A DNA stretch of 64,000 bases, taken from Chiloscyllium plagiosum (lineage: Eukaryota). Below are positions 1-12,690 of the stretch, piece after piece. Below the pieces are notes generated by a model. The model was not told the DNA's origin. It made no database searches and worked only from the letters and a program-made list of their open reading frames with translations. Location of the stretch: positions 90,749,353 through 90,813,352 of the forward strand of contig NC_057718.1 in NCBI RefSeq assembly GCF_004010195.1, given 5' to 3'. Both the position numbers and the translations under genes were made by a program. The stretch's first letter is position 1. Every line of letters begins with the position of its first letter.

Positions 1-455
1 TGGAGGGAATGAATGATTGTGGATGTGATGTCAATCAAGCGGGATGTTTTGTCCTGTATTGTGTCAAGCTTCATGAGTGTTATTGGAGCTTCCTGCCTTG
101 TGCCTTGTAGATCATGGACAGGATGTTTTTTGGGGGAGAGATTGGGGAGGAGGGGGTGTTGTTGGGAGTCAGGAGGTGAGTTACACACTGCAGAATTCCT
201 ATCTGTGACCTGCCTTGTGGCTATAGTATTCGTATGGTCAGTCCAGTTCGGTTTCTGGTTAATAAGAAGTATGTTGGTAATAGGGGATTCAGCGGTAGTA
301 ATGCCATTGAATGTAAACAGACAGTGATTAGATTCTCTCTTGTTGGAGATGGTCCTTGCCTGGTATTTCCTGGTGTGAATGTTACATGCCATTTGCATAT
401 TGCTATGTCTTGCTGCATTTGAACATGGGCTGCTTCATTAAGGAGTCATGCATTG
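1..455 (-). mobile_element. Decayed CR1-like LINE fragment (second family)
   Basis: Homologous to 4570-5170 and to the reverse complement of 12263-12690. Confidence 0.7.
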
Positions 456-614
456 CCTTCTGAAGGATGGTTAATCAGGAATCTCTCCTGTTCTTACTAC
501 CCCAGCATTGTGTGTATTGGCAGGACTACAGACATACAATCAGTCTACTCGACCGTGTTAGAATTGCACCTTCCTTAGCCAGCAACCTCTGAAGTGGGAC
601 TTGGACACGGAGCT

Positions 615-1430
615 TACATAAGAACATGATAACGAGGAGCTGGAGTAGGCCATCTGGCCCCTTAAGCCTGCTCTGCCATTTAATAAGATCAAGGCTGATC
701 GTTTCATGGCCTCAGGTCCACTTACCCGCCCTCTCACCGTAATACTTACTTCATTTGCTGTTCAAAAAATTATCTTTGCTTTAAAAGCATTCAATGAGGA
801 AGCCTCAACTACCTCACCGGGCAGGGAATTGCATAGATTCACAACCCTCTGGGTGAAGAAGTTCCTTCTCAATTCAGTCCTAAATCTGCTCCTGCTAATT
901 TTGAGGCTGTGCCAGTGGAAACATCCTCTCTAGATCTATCTTATCTAATCCCTTCTTAATATGTTTCTATAAGACCAACCCCCCCCCCCCCCATTCTTCT
1001 GAATTCCAATGTATATAATCCCAGTCTACTCAGTCTCTCCTCATAAACCAACCCCCTCAACTCCGGAATCAACCCAGTGAATCTCCTCTGCATCCCCCCT
1101 AGTGCCAGTACATCCTTTCTCATGTAAGGAGACCAAACTTGCACGCACTACTCCAGGTGTGGCTTTACCAGCACCTTGTACAGCTGCAACATAACCTCCC
1201 TGCTTTTAAACTCAATCCCTTTAGCAATGAAGGACAAAACTCCATTTGCCTTCTTAATTACCCATTGTACCTGCAGACTAACTTTCTGTAACACATGCAT
1301 GAGGACACCCAGGTTCCTCTGCACAGCAGCATGCTGCAATTTTTTACCATTCAAATAAAAGTCCTTTTTTACTGTTATTCCGACCAAAATGGATCAATTC
1401 ACATTTATTAACATTGTACTCCATCTGCCG
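615..1430 (-). mobile_element. CR1 LINE 3' fragment
   Basis: Minus-strand ORF2 C-terminal peptides (YEERLSRLGLYTLEFRRM; LQLYKVLVKPHLE) followed by a 3' UTR ending in a ttcttatg-type tail. Confidence 0.85.
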
Positions 1431-1914
1431 GACATTATGATCTAGATGGTGGCCACTGCACTCCAAGATCTCCCCATTCTATCATTAGGCAACCCAACCC
1501 AACAGGCTTGTAATCACATACACTTTTCTCTCTCAGTATTCAGCATTGCAACTCTGTGCAATTAACATCTCCACAATTCTGACTGTGATAATTTACCACC
1601 ATAATAACATCGGACTGCAATTAATGGTCATGGAATACCGTACATTGTGTTAGACTCAAGACTATTCCCAAACAAAGAACATATAGTCGATTATGAATTC
1701 TGGCCACACATTGTACTGGGCTGCTCCAAGCATGAAGTTAGCCAGTTGTCTTGCAACTTTGCAAGCTCTCGATTTCAGTTCAGTCAGATGCAATAAAGTT
1801 GTCTTCTCTCTGACAGCTACTCAAATTGATTTAGTTCGTGTCTGGCTGCAGTCAGACTGAATTTTACCACAATACAGGTCAGCCAACCCACCCAAACAAA
1901 TATGGGGGGAACAA

Positions 1915-2217
1915 TGGTTTCCAAAGATCCATCCCACCCTTTTCTACAGCCTCTACCATTGGGTAGAAGATACAGAAGCCTGAACACACGCACCAGCCGG
2001 TTTCGAAACAGTTTCTACCCTACTGTTGTTAGAATTCTGAATGGACTCTCAAACTCTTAGCATTTGCCTGTACCTGTGTTTTTGTTTTTGCTGCTGTTTA
2101 CCTATTATTTACTTCTTTATGCTACTTAACTCTGTGATCTGCCTGTATTGCTCGCAAGATAAAGCTTTTCACTGTGCCTCGGTACACATGACAATAAATT
2201 CAATTCAATTCAATTCA
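1915..2217 (+). mobile_element. Rex1/Babar-type LINE 3' end
   Basis: Encodes KDPSHP...LPLGRRYRSLNTRTSRFRNSFYPTVVRILNG. Tail is ttttcactgtgcctcggtacacatgacaataaa(ttcaa)n. Confidence 0.75.
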
Positions 2218-2876
2218 AGTCAACAACGAGATATTATCATATCTGTCTCTGAAACTACAGAACGCAAATGGGTGTTAGAATCAGCGGCCTGCCTGCCATT
2301 TTGAATAGCCTTTTGACAATCTGTTGAGCTTGTAGCAAATGAATCACCAACAGCCTTTTCCCCAATTTTGCACCTCTATTTGATTTCATTCCTGACAATA
2401 TTATCTGACACGTAATTGGGTGAGCTGAGACAGCAGGGTACAGAAGATAACAGTCCACTCAGTTTCCATCACCCTGCTGGGAAACATAAAACACAGCTCC
2501 TGAATCTATGGCATATACCATCAAACAGGACTAAGCAGTCACTTTCTAGTCACCAAGGGTGACCTTTGTAGAGAAATGGTTAGCCCTACGCTGGGATTTT
2601 ATTTTTATTTTGAAACAATACTTTGTTCATAAAAATTTCTTTACGTACATTGTCAGTAGAGCAGTTCAGTTCTGTACAGTAGCGTATGAAGAAACATTGG
2701 AGTCCAACAAACAAACCAAAGCCATTTCTTACTTATACAAGATTATAATTACATGTATTTGAGGCACCGAGGGGGTCTGGTAACTGAATGGACCTTCATT
2801 TAACCTTAGACAGTGGTCTTTCCACACAGTGCCTTGGAGGCAGTATTTTTAAGTTTCAAAAATGTACCTTATTCAT

Positions 2877-3312
2877 GGATGTCCGCATCCACGAACATCA
2901 ACTAGCCACGAAACGACATGACCAGCTATCCCTAGTAGCCACACACGCAGACGACAAGCAACATGAATTTGACTGGGACAACACTACCATTATAGGGCAA
3001 GCGAAACAAAGAACAGCCAGGGAATTCCTAGAAGCATGACACTCATCCACAAACTCCATCAACAAACACATAGACCTGGACCCAATATACCGGCCACTAC
3101 AGTGGACAGCTGAAACTGACAACCGGAAGCGGCAGGGACAGGCCACTATAAACACCGGAGGAAACACCACAGAAGCGCTTCACAGGAGGCTCCCAAGCAC
3201 TGAGGATGTCACCTAGACAGGCGACGAAACGTTTGCAACAAAAACTTCCAGCTCGGCGAACAGAACCACAGCAACGAGCACCCGAGTTACAAATCTTCTC
3301 ACAAACTTTGAA
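2877..3312 (+). mobile_element. Penelope-like element (family C) 3' fragment: GIY-YIG C-terminus plus pLTR with hammerhead
   Basis: Peptide RIHEHQLATKRHDQLSLVATHADDKQHEFDWDNTTIIGQAKQRTAREFLEA*HSSTNSINKHIDLDPIY. 12-bp TSD taccttattcat at 2865-2876 and 3313-3324. Confidence 0.85.
3197..3236 (+). ncRNA. Minimal type-I hammerhead ribozyme motif (PLE family C)
   Basis: gca-CTGAGGA-t-gtcacct/agac/aggcgac-GAAAC-GTT-tgc: conserved core, stem II with one mismatch, gca/tgc stem I. Confidence 0.75.
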
Positions 3313-4159
3313 TACCTTATTCATAAAATATCTTTATATACTTACACAGTTTCTAACGCAGTTCTATAGCATATTAAGAAAACGAATAAACATCTGAGTT
3401 TTGCTCTATCCAGCAAACAAACCAGAGGCATCCCATACCTGTGCAAGATTACATTTACCTGTGAAGCATCGGGTGGGTCCTATAACTGAATAGGATCCCC
3501 AATTAACTTTGGCACAATGAGCCATGTAGGTTTCTCCTCTTCAAGTGCATTCAATGCATTACTTTGGAGTCCAACAGAATGAGAATTACTCTGCATTTGC
3601 TTTGTGTTCCGCCCGCTCTGACTGCCATCTGAAAATCTAAGACAGTGCAGTGACAATTCCTATGACAGCACTGTTGGTGACCAATGCCCTGGATTTTCCC
3701 ATTCTCAGCACAGGACTACATTGGGCTTATGATTGAAACAAGACCACAGGAAACTGAGAGGCAAATTAGAGAACACTGCAGCCAGTAGCTGTTACAACTT
3801 GTTACAAACAGCAAAGCCTAGCACAGTATGTTCAGTGTTGAAAATAATTGAGATTTATTTGCATAGAAAGGAAGATTAGTCACTATTCTTGACAATGAAG
3901 GAGTGTGGAATACCTACTGCATTTCAAAAGGCAAAACCATCTTGATTTCTCAATTTACTCAAGCAAATAATACTCATTGAGCAAACTAGTTATACCTTCA
4001 AATTATTAACATTCATGGAGTTTTTAAAATTCATTCAGGTGATTACTGGCTGGGCATGGATCTATTACCTAGCCATTGCTGTCCTTGAGAAAATGCTTTC
4101 AACCACTGTAGACCATTAGGTGACCTACAATGTTGTGAGGGAAGGAGTTCCAGGGTTTT

Positions 4160-4366
4160 GCAAAAATGAGGACTGCAGATGCTGGAGATCAGAGTCGAGA
4201 GTGTGGTGCTGGAAAAGCACAGCAGGTCAGGCAGCATCTGAGGAGCAGGAGAGTTGACGTTTTGAGCATAAGCTCTTCCTGATGAAGAGCCTGCGCTCAA
4301 AACATCTACTCTCCTGCTCCTCGGATGCTGCCTGACTAGCTGTGCTTTTCCAGTGCCACACTTTTT
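4160..4366. mobile_element. Inverted PLE pLTR mini-element (family A) with degenerate hammerheads
   Basis: Inverted arms gtgctggaaaagcacagc...gctgtgcttttccagtgc with central cctgatgaagagc. 15-bp TSD gagttccagg(g/a)tttt at 4145-4159 and 4367-4381. Confidence 0.8.
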
Positions 4367-4804
4367 GAGTTCCAGGATTTTCAACTAGCAACAAGGAAGG
4401 AACAGTGATATATTTTGGGAATTTGCAGACATTAGTGTTCTCACGTACCTGTTCCCCTTGTCCTTCTGAACGGTAGTGGTTGTAGGTTTGGAAGGTGCTG
4501 TCTAAGGTGCTACCTTAGTGAACTCCTGCAAAGCATTTTGTAGTTGGTATGCACAGCTGCTACTGAGCACTGGGGGTAGTGGAGGGAATGGATGTTTGTG
4601 GATGTGATGCCAATTGAGCATCCTGACTCATGCCCTGTGTGTGTGGTGGATAGGCTTTAGGGAGTAAAGGAGTGAGTTAGTTGCTGCAACTTCCTCACGT
4701 CTGACCTGCTGTTGTAGTCACAGTATTTTTATGGCTCATCTAGTTCAGTTTCTGATACATTATAAGCCCCCAGGATGCTGATAGTGGGGGATTCAATGGT
4801 AATG

Positions 4805-4971
4805 AGCTGAAAATGTGTTGCAGGAAAAGCGCAGCAGGTCAGGCAGCACCCAGGGAACAGGAGAATCGACGTTTCGGGCATAAGCCCTTCTTCAGGAATC
4901 TGCTGCGCTTTTCCAGCAACGCATTTTCAGCTCTGATCTCCAGCATCTGCAGACCTCAGTTTCTCCTCAAA
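4805..4971. mobile_element. Inverted PLE pLTR mini-element (family A) with intact minus-strand hammerhead (4861-4899)
   Basis: Reverse complement reads attc-CTGAAGA-a-gggc/ttat/gccc-GAAAC-GTC-gatt. Perfect 15-bp TSD gattcaatggtaatg at 4790-4804 and 4972-4986. Confidence 0.85.
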
Positions 4972-5928
4972 GATTCAATGGTAATGCCATTGAATGTCCA
5001 AGAGACAAGGGTTAGATTCTGTCTTGTTGGAGATGTTGGCTTGGTAATTGTGTGGCATGAATGCTACTGGCCATGTGTCAGCCCAACCGTAGATATTGGC
5101 TAAGTCTTGTTGCATTTTAGACATGGCCTGAGGGGTCATGGAGGGTGCTGAACATTGTGCAATCATCAGCAAGCAACCCCCCTTTTGACCTTATGGTGGA
5201 GGGAAGGTGAAGCAGCTGAAGATAGTTGAGCCCAGGGCACCACCCTGAGGAATTCCTGCAGAAATATCCTGGAGCTGAGATGACTGACCTCCAACAACCA
5301 TAACCATCTTGCGATTTGACAGGTATGACTGCACCAAGCGGAGAGTTTTCTCCCTGATTCCCATTGACATCAATTTTACGAGGGCTTCTTGATAGCTACA
5401 CTCAGTCAGATGTGACCTTGATGTTAAGTCCAATCACTCTCACCTCACCTTTGGAATCCAGTTCCTTTGTCCATGTTTGGACCAAGGCTGGAATGAGGTC
5501 AGGAGCTGAGTGGTTCTGGTGGAACCCAAACGGTGTCACTGAGCAGGTGCTGCTGGATAGCTGTGTTGATGACACCTTCCATTTGATGTTCAAGAGTAAA
5601 CTGATGGGGCGGTAATTGGCCAGGTTGGATTTGTCCTGCTTTTTGTGTACGGGAAGTACCCAGGAAATTTTCCACATTGTCGTGTAGGTGCCAATGTTGT
5701 AACTGTACTGGAAGAGCTTGGCTAGGGGAGCAGCAGGTTCTGGAGCACAAGCCTTCATTACTATTGCTGGAATGCTGTCAGGGCCCATTGTCTTTGCACT
5801 ATCCAGTGCCTCCCATTGTTATTTGCTATCATGTGGACTGAATTAAATTGTCTGGAGACTGGTATCTGGGATCTCTGGATGCAGCAGAAATGCATCATCT
5901 GCTTGACATGTCTGGCTGAAGAATGTTG

Positions 5929-6220
5929 TGGTAAGATGGCTCAGTGGTTAGCACTGCTGCCTCACAGTACCAGGAACCCAGATTCAATTCCAACCTTGGG
6001 CGACTGTCTGTGTGGAGTTTGCACATTCTCTCCATGTCTGCGTGAGTTTGCTCCAGTTTCCTCCCATTGTTCAAAGATGTGCAGGTTAGGTGAATTGGCC
6101 ATGCTAAATTGTCCAGAGTGTTCAGGGATGTGTAGGTTAGATGCATTAGTCAAGGGTGGGTGTGGGGTGATAGGGCGGATTGCTATTGTGTGGAGTTGTT
6201 GGGCTGTCGGGATTTTTTAA
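5929..6220 (+). mobile_element. HE1-type tRNA-derived SINE
   Basis: tggctcagtggttagcactgctgcctcacag A-box head and tgtgtggagtttgcacattctc core. Confidence 0.85.
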
Positions 6221-7569
6221 AAACGTCAGCCTTATTTTTTGTGCTGACTCCCTTGTCATTGAGGGTGGGGCTACTTGTGGAGCCTTCTCCTCCTCCAGTG
6301 AGTTGTTTATTCACGACTAGATCTGGCGGGACTGCAGATCCATTGGTTGTGGGATCACTTAGATCTATCACTTGACACCCCGTTTTTAGGTGTTCCTGGT
6401 ATTACTTCTGACATACCCTCCTGCATGTTTAAATTATAATAAACACCACATAGATAACAAATCAAAGCTTTTCAAAATCCATGTGGCAAGCAAATGTGGC
6501 ATTACTTCCAAGGACAGCAGGAATACAAATATGCAAACATATAAATTAGCATTATAGAAATTCAGATTAGCATAACACTTGAGCCAATCATCTGCATCGT
6601 CGCCTTACTATGGTCATTCAGTCTTGTGAATGGAGCGTCGATATGTCACCAATCTCATTCAGGATCAGACCGTGTTAAAGTAATGCTAGTTAGATATAGC
6701 AAATATTATGAGCTAGACTAATGAAAAGGCGAGGGAAATACAATCTCATCTGAGGACTTCAAGACTACAGGCAATAAAATGGGAATGTAGTTAAAACTGA
6801 CCTATATTTCACTGGCTACTTAATCAGAATTGATCCCTTGTGATAAAGGAGTTTTCTGAATTCAAGATGGAAGGGGGTACAATGCAATGTGAAGATATTC
6901 CCAGATTAAATGGCGAACCAGTGTTGAACTGTGTATGGAACTGGATCATTACTATAGGTATCGGTAGATTTTTATTGAGCTGGCCCTTTGTAATTCCCTA
7001 ACTATGAAAGCCCATGACCTATTTCGTTGATCAATACATTGAAAAGAAAATTCTTGACCCGTCCCTCACTAATTGCCATGTGGCGATGAACAATAAGAGG
7101 CTGGAATTGTTTTTCATTCTGTTCTCCCTCTCCCTCAAACCGCCATGCTGATTTGTTCATACAATTCCATAAATCATACTGTACGGCAGTACACTCAAGG
7201 ACAGTCAGGTATCCAAATATATAAACATATAAATTAGCATTAGAGAAATTCAGATTAGCATTAATACTTATACAAGTATTAATGTTGGGTTGCCAAGGTC
7301 CACCAACACCATTATTTTTCAGTCTAAGAGACAGCAGTGATCAGGATGATATTAATTCATTTGTAAATGCCGTTGATTTTAATTAGGGACAATGTTTCAG
7401 CGAGGTTAACCCTAAGCAGAGCAGCTGAAATATAGGCTATGACAAGAATTTTTCTTCTCGTGCTGGGAAATAGGTCATACAGCATAGTTATCCTATCACA
7501 ACAATGCATATCCCCAGAAAATTCTCACTCAACACAATGGTCCTGTCAAAATAAAAATAGATACCTAAA

Positions 7570-7945
7570 GGGATGACCTTATAGAAGTTGATAAAATCAT
7601 GAGGGGCATAAATAGGATAAATAGCCAAGTCTTTTTCCCAGGGTAGGGGAGTCCAAAACTAGAAGGCATAGGTTTAAGCTGAGAGGGGAAAGACTTAAAT
7701 GGGACCTGAGGGGCAACCTTTTAACGCAGAGGGTGGTGCGTGTATGGAACGAACTGCCTGAGGAAGTGGTAGAGGCTGGTATAATTACAACATCTAACAG
7801 GCATCTGGATGGGTATATAAATAGGAAGGGTTTAGAGGGATATGGGCCAAGTGCTGGCAAGTGGGATCAGATTAATTTAGAATATCTGGTCGGCATGAAC
7901 GAGTTGGACCAAAGGGTCTGTTTCCATGCTGTACTCTATGAATCT
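7570..7945 (+). mobile_element. HER1/CR1 LINE 3' end
   Basis: RVVRVWNELPEEVVEAG C-terminus and tail tgtttccatgctgtactctatg. Confidence 0.85.
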
Positions 7946-8434
7946 GAGTGCCAAGAAGCATAACAATAATTAAGTGATATAGAAAAGTTAAAGACAGAAC
8001 CCAAAATTCAGGCCTGTTTTAGAGTCTCAGGATTGATCCTATGTTTAATGTAACGTCTGTCTATTTAACCATATGATCTGGGACTGTGTTATCCACAGGA
8101 GAGTTTGAGCAGATGAAGTTTGAGGTTTGTCTTGGAGCCAGGGGGTTTGGTGGCAGGAAGCAATACTTCACACCAAGGCAGTGGAAATCTGGAATTTAGC
8201 CAGGGAGGGAAGCTGAGGTCAAGGGTCAACAAGGTATTAAAATTGAGATCGCTGGCATTTTGTTAGGCAAGAATACTTAGGGTTGTGGAACAAGGGTGAG
8301 TTTAACATAAAGCCATTTCGTTGCGTGAGCTCCATGTAGTATTGCGAAAGTTTCAACGTGAGGTGGTATCCCTCAAAGTGAACAGGTACCGTACTCACAG
8401 TGATGGTCTATCTTGTTAAAGTGTTGCTGACAGG

Positions 8435-8735
8435 TGTTTGTTGCCCATCCCTAATTGATTTCTCAGCCATTTCAGAGGGCAGTTAAGAGACAACGACATT
8501 GCTGCATTTCCAGATTCACTTGTAGGCCTAATCAGATAATGCCAGCTTTTCTTCCCTCACGAATTAATGAACCATATGAGTTTTTGCAATTTTGGATGAT
8601 GCTCCTCATTACCGAGACTAGCTTCAAATTCCATATTTTTGGTTGATTAATTGTGTGTAAATTGCATCAGTGGCGAGGTTTGAACCCAGTGGCTTGTTCA
8701 TCCAGTAACAATACCACTACACTATCATCTCCCCT
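8435..8735 (-). mobile_element. tRNA SINE family 2 (CR1-family-2 tail), decayed
   Basis: ttgcccatccctaatt...gggcagttaagag, homologous to the reverse complement of 45000-45455. Confidence 0.65.
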
Positions 8736-9064
8736 TAAGTCCAAACTTGTCGGGTCATAGAATAGACCCATCGAGTCTGTTCCGCCAAAATTAATTGTTT
8801 ATTAATTGGAGCTGTCATTTACACTACGAAGTAAAGTGTTTCATTTTGACTGATGGAAATGCAATAACTAATGACATCTGATAGCTAACCATTTCTTACC
8901 GCTAAGCGTGATTAAAGAACAAATTGTTCTGTTCGGAAGAGGTTTGATCAGGAGCCATGCCCACGCTCTTACATAACTGTATCTGTACAGTGTCATTGTT
9001 TCAGTGGAAGATACAACACATGTGGTTTAAACAATTCCTTTCAACCTCTTTCTTTCTCCCACAG

Positions 9065-9139
9065 ACCATGTACATGTTCTACGCTCTGGCAATTGTCTGC
9101 GATGACTACTTTGTTCCTTCATTAGACAAAATCTGTGAG
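9065..9139 (+). CDS. slc24a3: Internal coding exon (75 bp, phase 0/0) of K+-dependent Na+/Ca2+ exchanger NCKX3-like: TMYMFYALAIVCDDYFVPSLDKICE
   Basis: Polypyrimidine tract plus CAG acceptor (tctttctcccacag), GTAGGT donor at 9140. The translation matches the NCKX motif YMFYALAIVCDDxFVPSLxKICE. The choice of slc24a3 over other paralogs is less certain than the family call. Confidence 0.93.
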
Positions 9140-9651
9140 GTAGGTGCTGCCTATTATCCATGCTGATTCTCAGAGAGTAAGGCATTGTGCAAGTGTTTAC
9201 AGTTATTGTCAGACTGTGTGTAATGTTTTCACTGTCAATTGAATTTGTAATTGATAATTACCGATAACAGATGAGTACAAAATAATGGCTTTGTGCTCTG
9301 ACTGATTAATCCTTTCTGTGAATTGCAAACTAAAAACATGCAGCGTTGAGCAAAGGTGATCTCAATAGAGACAGCTCAATTGCCTTGACTAATATTTTAG
9401 ACCATCAGAGCTTATAATTGTGCTGGAAGGGAAGCAATAATGGAGGGAATCGGGCAGACATATTCAAAATAATGGTTGTTCTTCCTATGTCTTTGTGATA
9501 GTGAAGATTTCTTTAAAAACATTTTTTGGTGTCCATTGCAGATAATCTTAGTTTACCCATCAATCTATTCTTATCCATGAAGATTTTAAAAACAACTTGC
9601 AACTGCACATAGTTTTGGATACCCATGTTCATAATGGAAAAGGCCATGGTG

Positions 9652-9970
9652 GGGTGGCATGGTTGCTCAGTGGTTAGCACTGCTGCCTCACAGCTGCCTC
9701 CAGGGTCTCAGGTTCGATTCCAGCCTCGGGCGACTGTCTGTGTGGAGTTTGCACATTCTCCCCGTGTTTGCGCGGGTTTCCTCCGGGTGCTCCGGTTTCC
9801 TCCTACAGTCCAAAGATGTGCAGGTCAGATGAATTAGCCATGCAAAATTGCCCATATGTTAGGTGCATTAGTCAGAGGGAAATGGGTCTGGGTGGGTTAC
9901 TCTTCAGAGGATCGGTGTGGACTTGTTGGGCCGAAGGGTCTGTTTCCGCACTGTAGGGAATCTAATCTAA
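9652..9970 (+). mobile_element. HE1-type SINE
   Basis: A/B boxes, core, and tail tgtagggaatctaatctaa. Confidence 0.9.
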
Positions 9971-10349
9971 AAAAGGTCACCTTGTATGTGCACCCTTCCG
10001 CCCTCCGGTGGGGATTATAAATACTACAGCACGACCTCAGACACAATGGGCAGGGCTTAATGGAACCTGGAGTCATCTTGCTCACTGCCTGGGAAAGCTC
10101 TTTTAGAGACTGCCCATCACATTAAGTCCTACCCAGACATTTAAGTGGACAGTAATTGGGTCATCTTCTGGATCAGAGAAGAGAGCTGAGAGCTGATGTC
10201 TCATCACCTAGAAGCTGCCAGCTCTGATGAAGAGTCACCTAGACGTCTGACCCGCTCTGATCTCCAGCATTCGTTGTTTTCAGTTCAGATTCCAATACCT
10301 GCAGTAATTTGCACCTATGTTAGAAGCTGCCTGGTTCACCATTTTACAA

Positions 10350-11212
10350 GATAAAAACAATGACTGCAGATGCTGGAAACCAGATTCTGGATTAGTGGTG
10401 CTGGAAGAGCACAGCAGTTCAGGCAGCACCCGAGGAGCAGCAAAATCGACTTTTCGGGCAAAAGCCCTTCATCAGGAATACAGGCAGAGAGCCTGAAGGG
10501 TGGAGAGATAAATGAGAGGAGGGTGGAGGTGAGGAGAAAGTAGCATAGAGTACAATAGGCGAGTGGGGGAGGGGATGAAGGTGATTGGTCAGGGAGGAGA
10601 GGGTGGAGTGGATAGGTGGAAAAGGAGATAGGCAGGTAGGACATGTCATGGGGACAGTGCTGAGCTGGAAGTTTGGAACGAGTGTGAGGTGGGGAAAGGG
10701 GAAATGAGGAAACTGTTGAAGTCCACATTGATGCCCTGGGNNNNNNNNNNNNNNNNNNNNNNNNNNNNNNNNNNNNNNNNNNNNNNNNNNNNNNNNNNNN
10801 NNNNNNNNNNNNNNNNNNNNNNNNNNNNNNNNNNNNNNNNNNNNNNNNNNNNNNNNNNNNNNNNNNNNNNNNNNNNNNNNNNNNNNNNNNNNNNNNNNNN
10901 NNNNNNNNNNNNNNNNNNNNNNNNNNNNNNNNNNNNNNNNNNNNNNNNNNNNNNNNNNNNGTAGTCACGGAGGGAACAGTCTTTGCGGAAGGCGGAAAGG
11001 GGTGGAGAGGGAAATATATCCCTTGTGGTGGGTTTTTTGGAGGTGTTGGAAATGTCGGCGGATGATTTGGTTTATGCGAAGGTTGCTAGGGTGGAAGGGG
11101 AGCACCAAGGGGGTTCTGTCCTTGTTACGGTTGGGGTCTGAGGGCGGAGGTGCGGGATGTGGATGAGATGCGTTGGAGGGTATCTTTAACCATGTGGGAA
11201 GGGAAATTGCGG
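10350..11212 (-). mobile_element. 5'-truncated Penelope-like element (family A) with hammerhead at 10441-10479; contains an assembly gap
   Basis: Minus-strand peptides NKDRTPLVLPFHPSNLRINQIIRRHFQHLQ (RT-EN linker) and QGINVDFNSFL (C-terminus). Perfect 14-bp TSD tcaccattttacaa at 10336-10349 and 11213-11226. Confidence 0.88.
10741..10960. other. Assembly gap (220 N)
   Basis: Run of N bases. Confidence 1.
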
Positions 11213-11779
11213 TCACCATTTTACAATGAGTATTGAGCCAAAAATGACACCAGCAATGCTACAATACTCTGATAGCAGTACATTTCATCTGATTGTACAC
11301 CCCATCATCATGACAAATATATTGAGTACATTTAAGACTGAGATAGATATGTTCTTGAGTATCAAGAGGATCAAGGGTTACGGGAGAAGGCAGAAGAATG
11401 GAGTTGTGAAATGTATCAGCCATGATTGAATGGTGGAGCAGACTCGATGGGCTGAATGGCCTAATTTCTGCTCCTAAGTCTTATGGTCCCTGCTTTGGAG
11501 AGAGAAGCTCCCAGTTCGAATCCCATTCATAACACAGTCAAACCTGTAAATCCTTTGAACACGCATCAGTGGAGGTGACAGGAGCAGGAGAGATCCCTGG
11601 TCAGCCATGTAATGGGAAAATGTTGGAACCTGTACTGTCACTCTCCACAGCTTCAGGCCTCAAGTAAAATTCATGTTGCCAGAGCAACTCAGACTCCAAT
11701 TCAACCCTAACACACCGCTATCACATCATATATCCTCAGCATACTCAATATTCAGCGCTATTTGCGTAACCTTAGGTGC

Positions 11780-12262
11780 TGAATCAGTCATACAGCACGG
11801 AAATAGACCCTTCGGTCTAACTAGTCCATGCCGACCATGCTCCCAAATTAAATTAGTCCCACTTGCCTGCATTTGGCCCATTTCCTTCCAAAGCTTTCCT
11901 ACTGGTGTACTTATCCAAATGCCTTTCAAACATTGACATTGTACCTACATCCACGACTTCCTCTGGCAGTTCACTCCACATACGGACCACCCTCTGTGTA
12001 AAAACGTTGCCCCTTGTGACCTTTTCAAAACTTTTTCCTCTCACCTTAAAACTATGCACTCTAGTTTTGAACTCCCTCAACCTAGGGAAAAGACCAATGC
12101 TATTCACCTTATCTGTGCCCCTCATGATTTTATAAACCTCGACAAGGACACCCCTCAACCTCCTACGCTCCAGTGGAAATGGTCCCAGCCTATCCAGCCT
12201 CTCCTTATAATTCAAACCTTCCACTCTTGACAACATCCTGGTAAATCTTTTCTGAACCTTCA
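11780..12262 (-). mobile_element. HER1/CR1 LINE 3' fragment
   Basis: KVQKRFTRMLS...YKERLDRLG...RGVLVEVYKIMRG...FTQRVVRMWSELPEEVV. Confidence 0.88.
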
Positions 12263-12690
12263 TATCCAGGCTTGGACTGGAAGCGACAAGTAACATTCAT
12301 GCCATACAAGTGCCTACCAGTGACCATCTCCAGTAGAAGACAATCTAAACATCGCCCTTTGACATTCAATGGCATTACCATCACTGAATACCACACTGTC
12401 ACCATCCTAGGAGGTACCGTTGACCAGAAACTGATTTGAACTGGCCAAATAAGCACAGTGACTGCAAGAGCAGATTAGACGCTAGGAATCCTGCAGTGAG
12501 TAACCCACCTCCTGACTCGCCAAAGCCTGTCCATCATCTACAAGGCACAAGTCAGGAATGAGATAGAATATCCCCACCTGACTGGGTACAGCTCTGTCAA
12601 TACTCAAGAAGCTTGGCACCCTCCAGGACAAAGCAGTCTGCTTGATTGATACCATGTCCACAAACATGCATCACTGACAAAGAGTGAACA
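12263..12690 (+). mobile_element. CR1-like family 2 LINE fragment
   Basis: gtaacattcatgcca...gacattcaatggcattaccatc, reverse-homologous to 4980-5070. Confidence 0.75.

Larger units (their letters stand above)
4000..6420 (-). mobile_element. Decayed CR1-like LINE (second family) RT region, interrupted by two PLE mini-elements and an HE1 SINE
   Basis: Minus-strand RT motifs GPDSIPAIVMKACAPE, PVHKKQDKSNLANYRPISLL, FGFHQNHS and GIPQGGALGSTIFSCF. The 3' tail near 4000-4100 is shared with SINE family 2. Confidence 0.85.

Noticed and set aside
4160..4366. Inverted family A/B elements as DNA-transposon MITEs or miRNA genes
   Set aside because: Unequal arms and long variable TSDs, plus (for family A) linkage to GIY-YIG remnants, point to Penelope-like retroelements.
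5191..5788. Intact reverse transcriptase gene
   Set aside because: It is a frameshifted, interrupted LINE remnant.
9652..9730. tRNA genes at SINE heads (many copies)
   Set aside because: The A/B boxes continue into SINE bodies and tails, and there is no full cloverleaf.
10336..10968. 210-aa and 91-aa ORFs
   Set aside because: They are artefacts of reading through the N gap in a Penelope remnant.
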